Assembly: GCA_001179505.1 (NCBI GenBank) | Contig: CDMY01000688.1 | Span: 186,001-250,000, forward strand | Length of the DNA stretch: 64,000 nt | Source of the DNA: Vitrella brassicaformis CCMP3155 | Lineage: Eukaryota > Protista > Chromerida | Direction of reading: 5' to 3' | Part shown: piece by piece, positions 61,423 through 64,000 of the stretch | Numbering within the stretch: the stretch's first letter is position 1 | Layout of the letters: the number at the start of each line of letters is the position of its first letter | Notes under the pieces: model-generated | Seen by the model: the letters and a program-made list of their open reading frames with translations, nothing else | Databases searched by the model: none | Told to the model about the DNA's origin: nothing | Position numbers and translations under genes: made by a program

Positions 61423-63024
61423 CCTATCTCTCCGCACAGGTTGACCTGACGGGCGGCGCCGCTGCTGCGGCATCAGGACCGGTTTCGGGGCCTCCGCGAT
61501 CCAAGGTGTGTAGAAGCACATACCCACAGGCCCCCTTTTGTCGCTCTCTCACTGTGGGTGCCTTCCTCGCTCTGCCAGGCGCCTCCTATTCTAGTGCGCC
61601 CACCGCCGCCCAAGCACCCGTGTAAGTGTGCGCACCTGCGACAGCAGCAGGCAGCCACAGAAGAGGGACACTGTCTGTGTGTTGTCTCTTTGTGGTGTCA
61701 GTCGAGATAGAGAAGTACACTCCGTGGATGCTAGGCCAGCGAGAGTCATCGCGGGTACGTATGAGCACGCAGATGGGGGAGAGCACCTACGCGTCATCCG
61801 CCCCCACACACCACACGTGTCTTGCCTGTTGGTTGCCTTGTCTGTCTTTCTTTCTGTCTATCAGGCGCCACTCAAGCAGAGACCCGGTGAGGCGGGGCTG
61901 GAGACGCTGGAGACGCCCCCTATGCCCATCCCTCCGCCTTGACATGCAGCACCGGGTGTGCCAAGGCCCAAGATGGCCTTCTACGGTACGTCCATTCAAA
62001 CCCGCACTTGAGTCCTCTCAATGATTGTGTGTGTATGTGGGATGCCTCCAGAGACGTGCCAGCGTTGGCAAGAGGGCCGTCTGCAGGACCCCATGGCGAC
62101 CATGCTGCAGCCGCGACACACGGAAGGGCCGACAGGGAGGCCTGCACACCGCCACGCCGCAAGACTGCCGCGCCCACGCGACGTCAGCCAGCGGCAGGGG
62201 CACTTGCTTCTAGCCGATCGCTGTTTACATTTTATATCAGCGGTCTTCTTCCATTCCACTGCACCAGCGATCGAGCTGTAGTACCCATGCCGAGTATGCA
62301 TTTATCCGCGCGTCACGTGGCGCGTGTGTGACCTTTTCTCAGACCCTTCTGTCGCCCCACATACGGTCGCGCGTGTTTGTGCGTGTGTGCGTGTGTGTAT
62401 CGACTCGACTCCTGCCCGTGGGGCACTTCAAGTCGATATGACTCCGAGGGGCAGAAGTCGATATGTCTCCCTCCACAGCCTGTGCATGACATCAATCCAC
62501 AACCCGCGGAGTCCCAATCCTCTTTGATGGTCTCTGCAGGTAGGCACAGACACATCGGCCTCATCCCTCCGGTAAGATAGAATATGGGACTGAGGGGTGA
62601 GTCGTTGCGGCGAGAGAGGGTTTGGCTGATGTAATCTCGTGATGGTGTACGTGTGTTGGTGGTCGGCATCATGATCATGCTTGTCTGTGCATGAGGTGCA
62701 CCCGTTGTGTCCACTGCGTTGTGCGGCCTGCCTGGCGCTCCTCCCCTTGATGTGCGTACGTGTACATGTATAACACTCTGTGTGACACGTGTGTTTGCAA
62801 GTGAATGCATCAATTGCTGCATGGGGGATCGCGCACGCGACCTGGCAGCAATGGCCGTGACAACGCGTACGAGGAAATTGACGCCGCATGTTTTTGGCCC
62901 CCAGCATGAGACCTGTGGGCGTCTTTTCAGAATTTCACTCCATATTCTACACTCCGCTCGTCGCAAGGCTTCTATTGACCGTCCATCCAGTATCCACACC
63001 CACTGCCAGTCTGACACACTCGCC

Positions 63025-63418
63025 ATGAAAACCGCTGTCTCCATGCTGTTTGCCGTCGCCCCTCTGCTGCTCCACGTCATGGCCGCCACTGGCAAGCCTG
63101 TTCGGCCCCAGCTGAGCGCTAGCCTCGCGCTCATCCAAACCCAGGCGCAGCGGGCAAAGGCCATGGCCCTCGCCGCTAACGAGATGGCGCTCACCGCTGA
63201 CGAGACGGCAGCCACGGCTGTCAAGACCATCAACGCGGCAGAACAACAGCTCAAATATCTCGCAGGTACATGCGTTGTGTGCATCGGAAGCAATGCACAG
63301 CTTGGATGCACGGGTTTACATAACCGATGTCTTTCTTGCGACAGGCCAATGGCCCACCAGCATGGAACCGCCGACTGACAAAGGCCGGCAGAACGCATGC
63401 GCATGGATCCGTACATGA
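63025..63418 (+). CDS. Small secreted Ala-rich helical protein (or 5' fragment of a secreted-protein gene); 2 exons
   Basis: Signal peptide MKTAVSMLFAVAPLLLHVMAA, then ...AQRAKAMALAANEMALTADETAATAVKTINAAEQQLKYLA|GQWPTSMEPPTDKGRQNACAWIRT* across a GT-AG intron (63266-63345). Confidence 0.55.
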
Positions 63419-64000
63419 GAGTTCCTTTCTCTCTTTATTGGTTCAGATGAGATGTCTCGAATTCTGAAGTTCCACTCAAAGCAGGAATACAAATGAACGG
63501 ACTGGTTTCACATTCTGGGGCTCAACGTTCAATACCCAGACATAAGCACTGATGACGTCGCAAGGGCTTACACGAAGCTGAGCCAACTAGTAAGCGTCCA
63601 CAGCCGATCAGAAAACACATAAACATTTGTACTCTCCGGTGCGTCCACATACAGATACAGCCGGCGAGAAACCACCCTAAGCTACAGGAGAGATTCACAG
63701 CCGCCCAAAAGCTGGTACCACAAACCTCTACACACAGACAGACAGACAGACAGACAGGGGGAATTGGGCCTTCACTCTATGACATGCATGTGATGCAGCT
63801 GGATATGGCAAAACAGCATTTGTTGGTCGAGTGCACAAAGGATCACCAGTGCGGGAAAGTCGGTTCGTGGGGACAAGCCTTCAAGTGCTTCGCGAAGAGA
63901 GACTTCACCGGTATGTGCAAGGTTAGAGACTTGATATGCAGATGCGGATCTGAAACCGTCATCTTTCTTTGGTGGCTCTCTTGCGCATGTCGCGAATGAA

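Larger units (their letters stand above)
53728..62237 (+). repeat. Six dispersed, same-orientation copies of TACATTTTATAT (53728, 56647, 56835, 59664, 60741, 62226) inside longer shared segments
   Basis: Exact 12-mer read at each position. Copies 1 and 3 share ~80 bp, including the GGGCGACTTCGCCC palindrome. Copies 2 and 4 share ~110 bp. Copies 1, 3, 5 and 6 continue with a (T/A)TTCTTC(A/C)-like tail. Confidence 0.93.

Noticed and set aside
53728-62237. CRISPR-like interpretation of the repeated 12-mer
   Set aside because: Repeats are 12 bp with irregular 0.2-3-kb spacing in a eukaryotic, intron-rich context, and there are no cas genes.
52000-63200. Searched for canonical Helitron ends (hairpin plus CTAG|T), TIRs, TSDs, and transposase, RepHel or RT ORFs
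   Set aside because: Several CTAG sites exist (e.g. ~52,000, ~56,945, ~61,590, ~62,210) but none has a convincing hairpin, and no mobility gene was seen. I therefore did not annotate a named mobile element.
63420-64000. Possible minus-strand terminal exon(s) and AATAAA near 63,435; 71-aa plus-strand ORF at 63784
   Set aside because: The frames are short, with atypical codon usage and no recognisable motif, and the window ends here.
1-64000. tRNA, rRNA, snRNA or telomeric repeats
   Set aside because: No cloverleaf, rRNA-like conserved tracts or telomeric arrays recognised by eye; tRNAscan-SE and Infernal would be needed to exclude them.

Overview
GC-rich, intron-dense eukaryotic DNA. Short introns packed with CA/GT, CAGA/CTGT and CCAT microsatellites, plus bipartite plastid-type leaders, suggest a photosynthetic alveolate (chromerid, Vitrella-like); this is inference. 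All gene models were spliced by eye. Bases 1-51,200 hold about 14 spliced genes: EB1, FAM98, a large RAP-domain protein, a bacterial-type S8/S53-like serine peptidase with a Cys-rich tail, a ~13-TM orphan membrane protein, DUF2237, an FHA-RING E3 ligase, a PH-like protein, a carotenoid cleavage oxygenase, a long coiled-coil protein and several orphans. This part also has two 300-N gaps and a 5.5-kb microsatellite-rich gene-free stretch. Bases ~52,200-62,300 are different: a same-strand mosaic of broken, intron-retaining gene pieces. These include three kinase activation segments, two cytoplasmic dynein heavy-chain pieces (one in permuted order), UBA-like and USP pieces, and duplicated K/E-rich modules. 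Six same-orientation copies of TACATTTTATAT punctuate the mosaic, with ~3-kb spacing between several copies. This is the best candidate for an undescribed gene-fragment capture/shuffling element array; no transposase or Rep/helicase is visible in the window. A second notable signal is AC-rich 5' / GT-rich 3' intron polarity, including a GC-AG intron.
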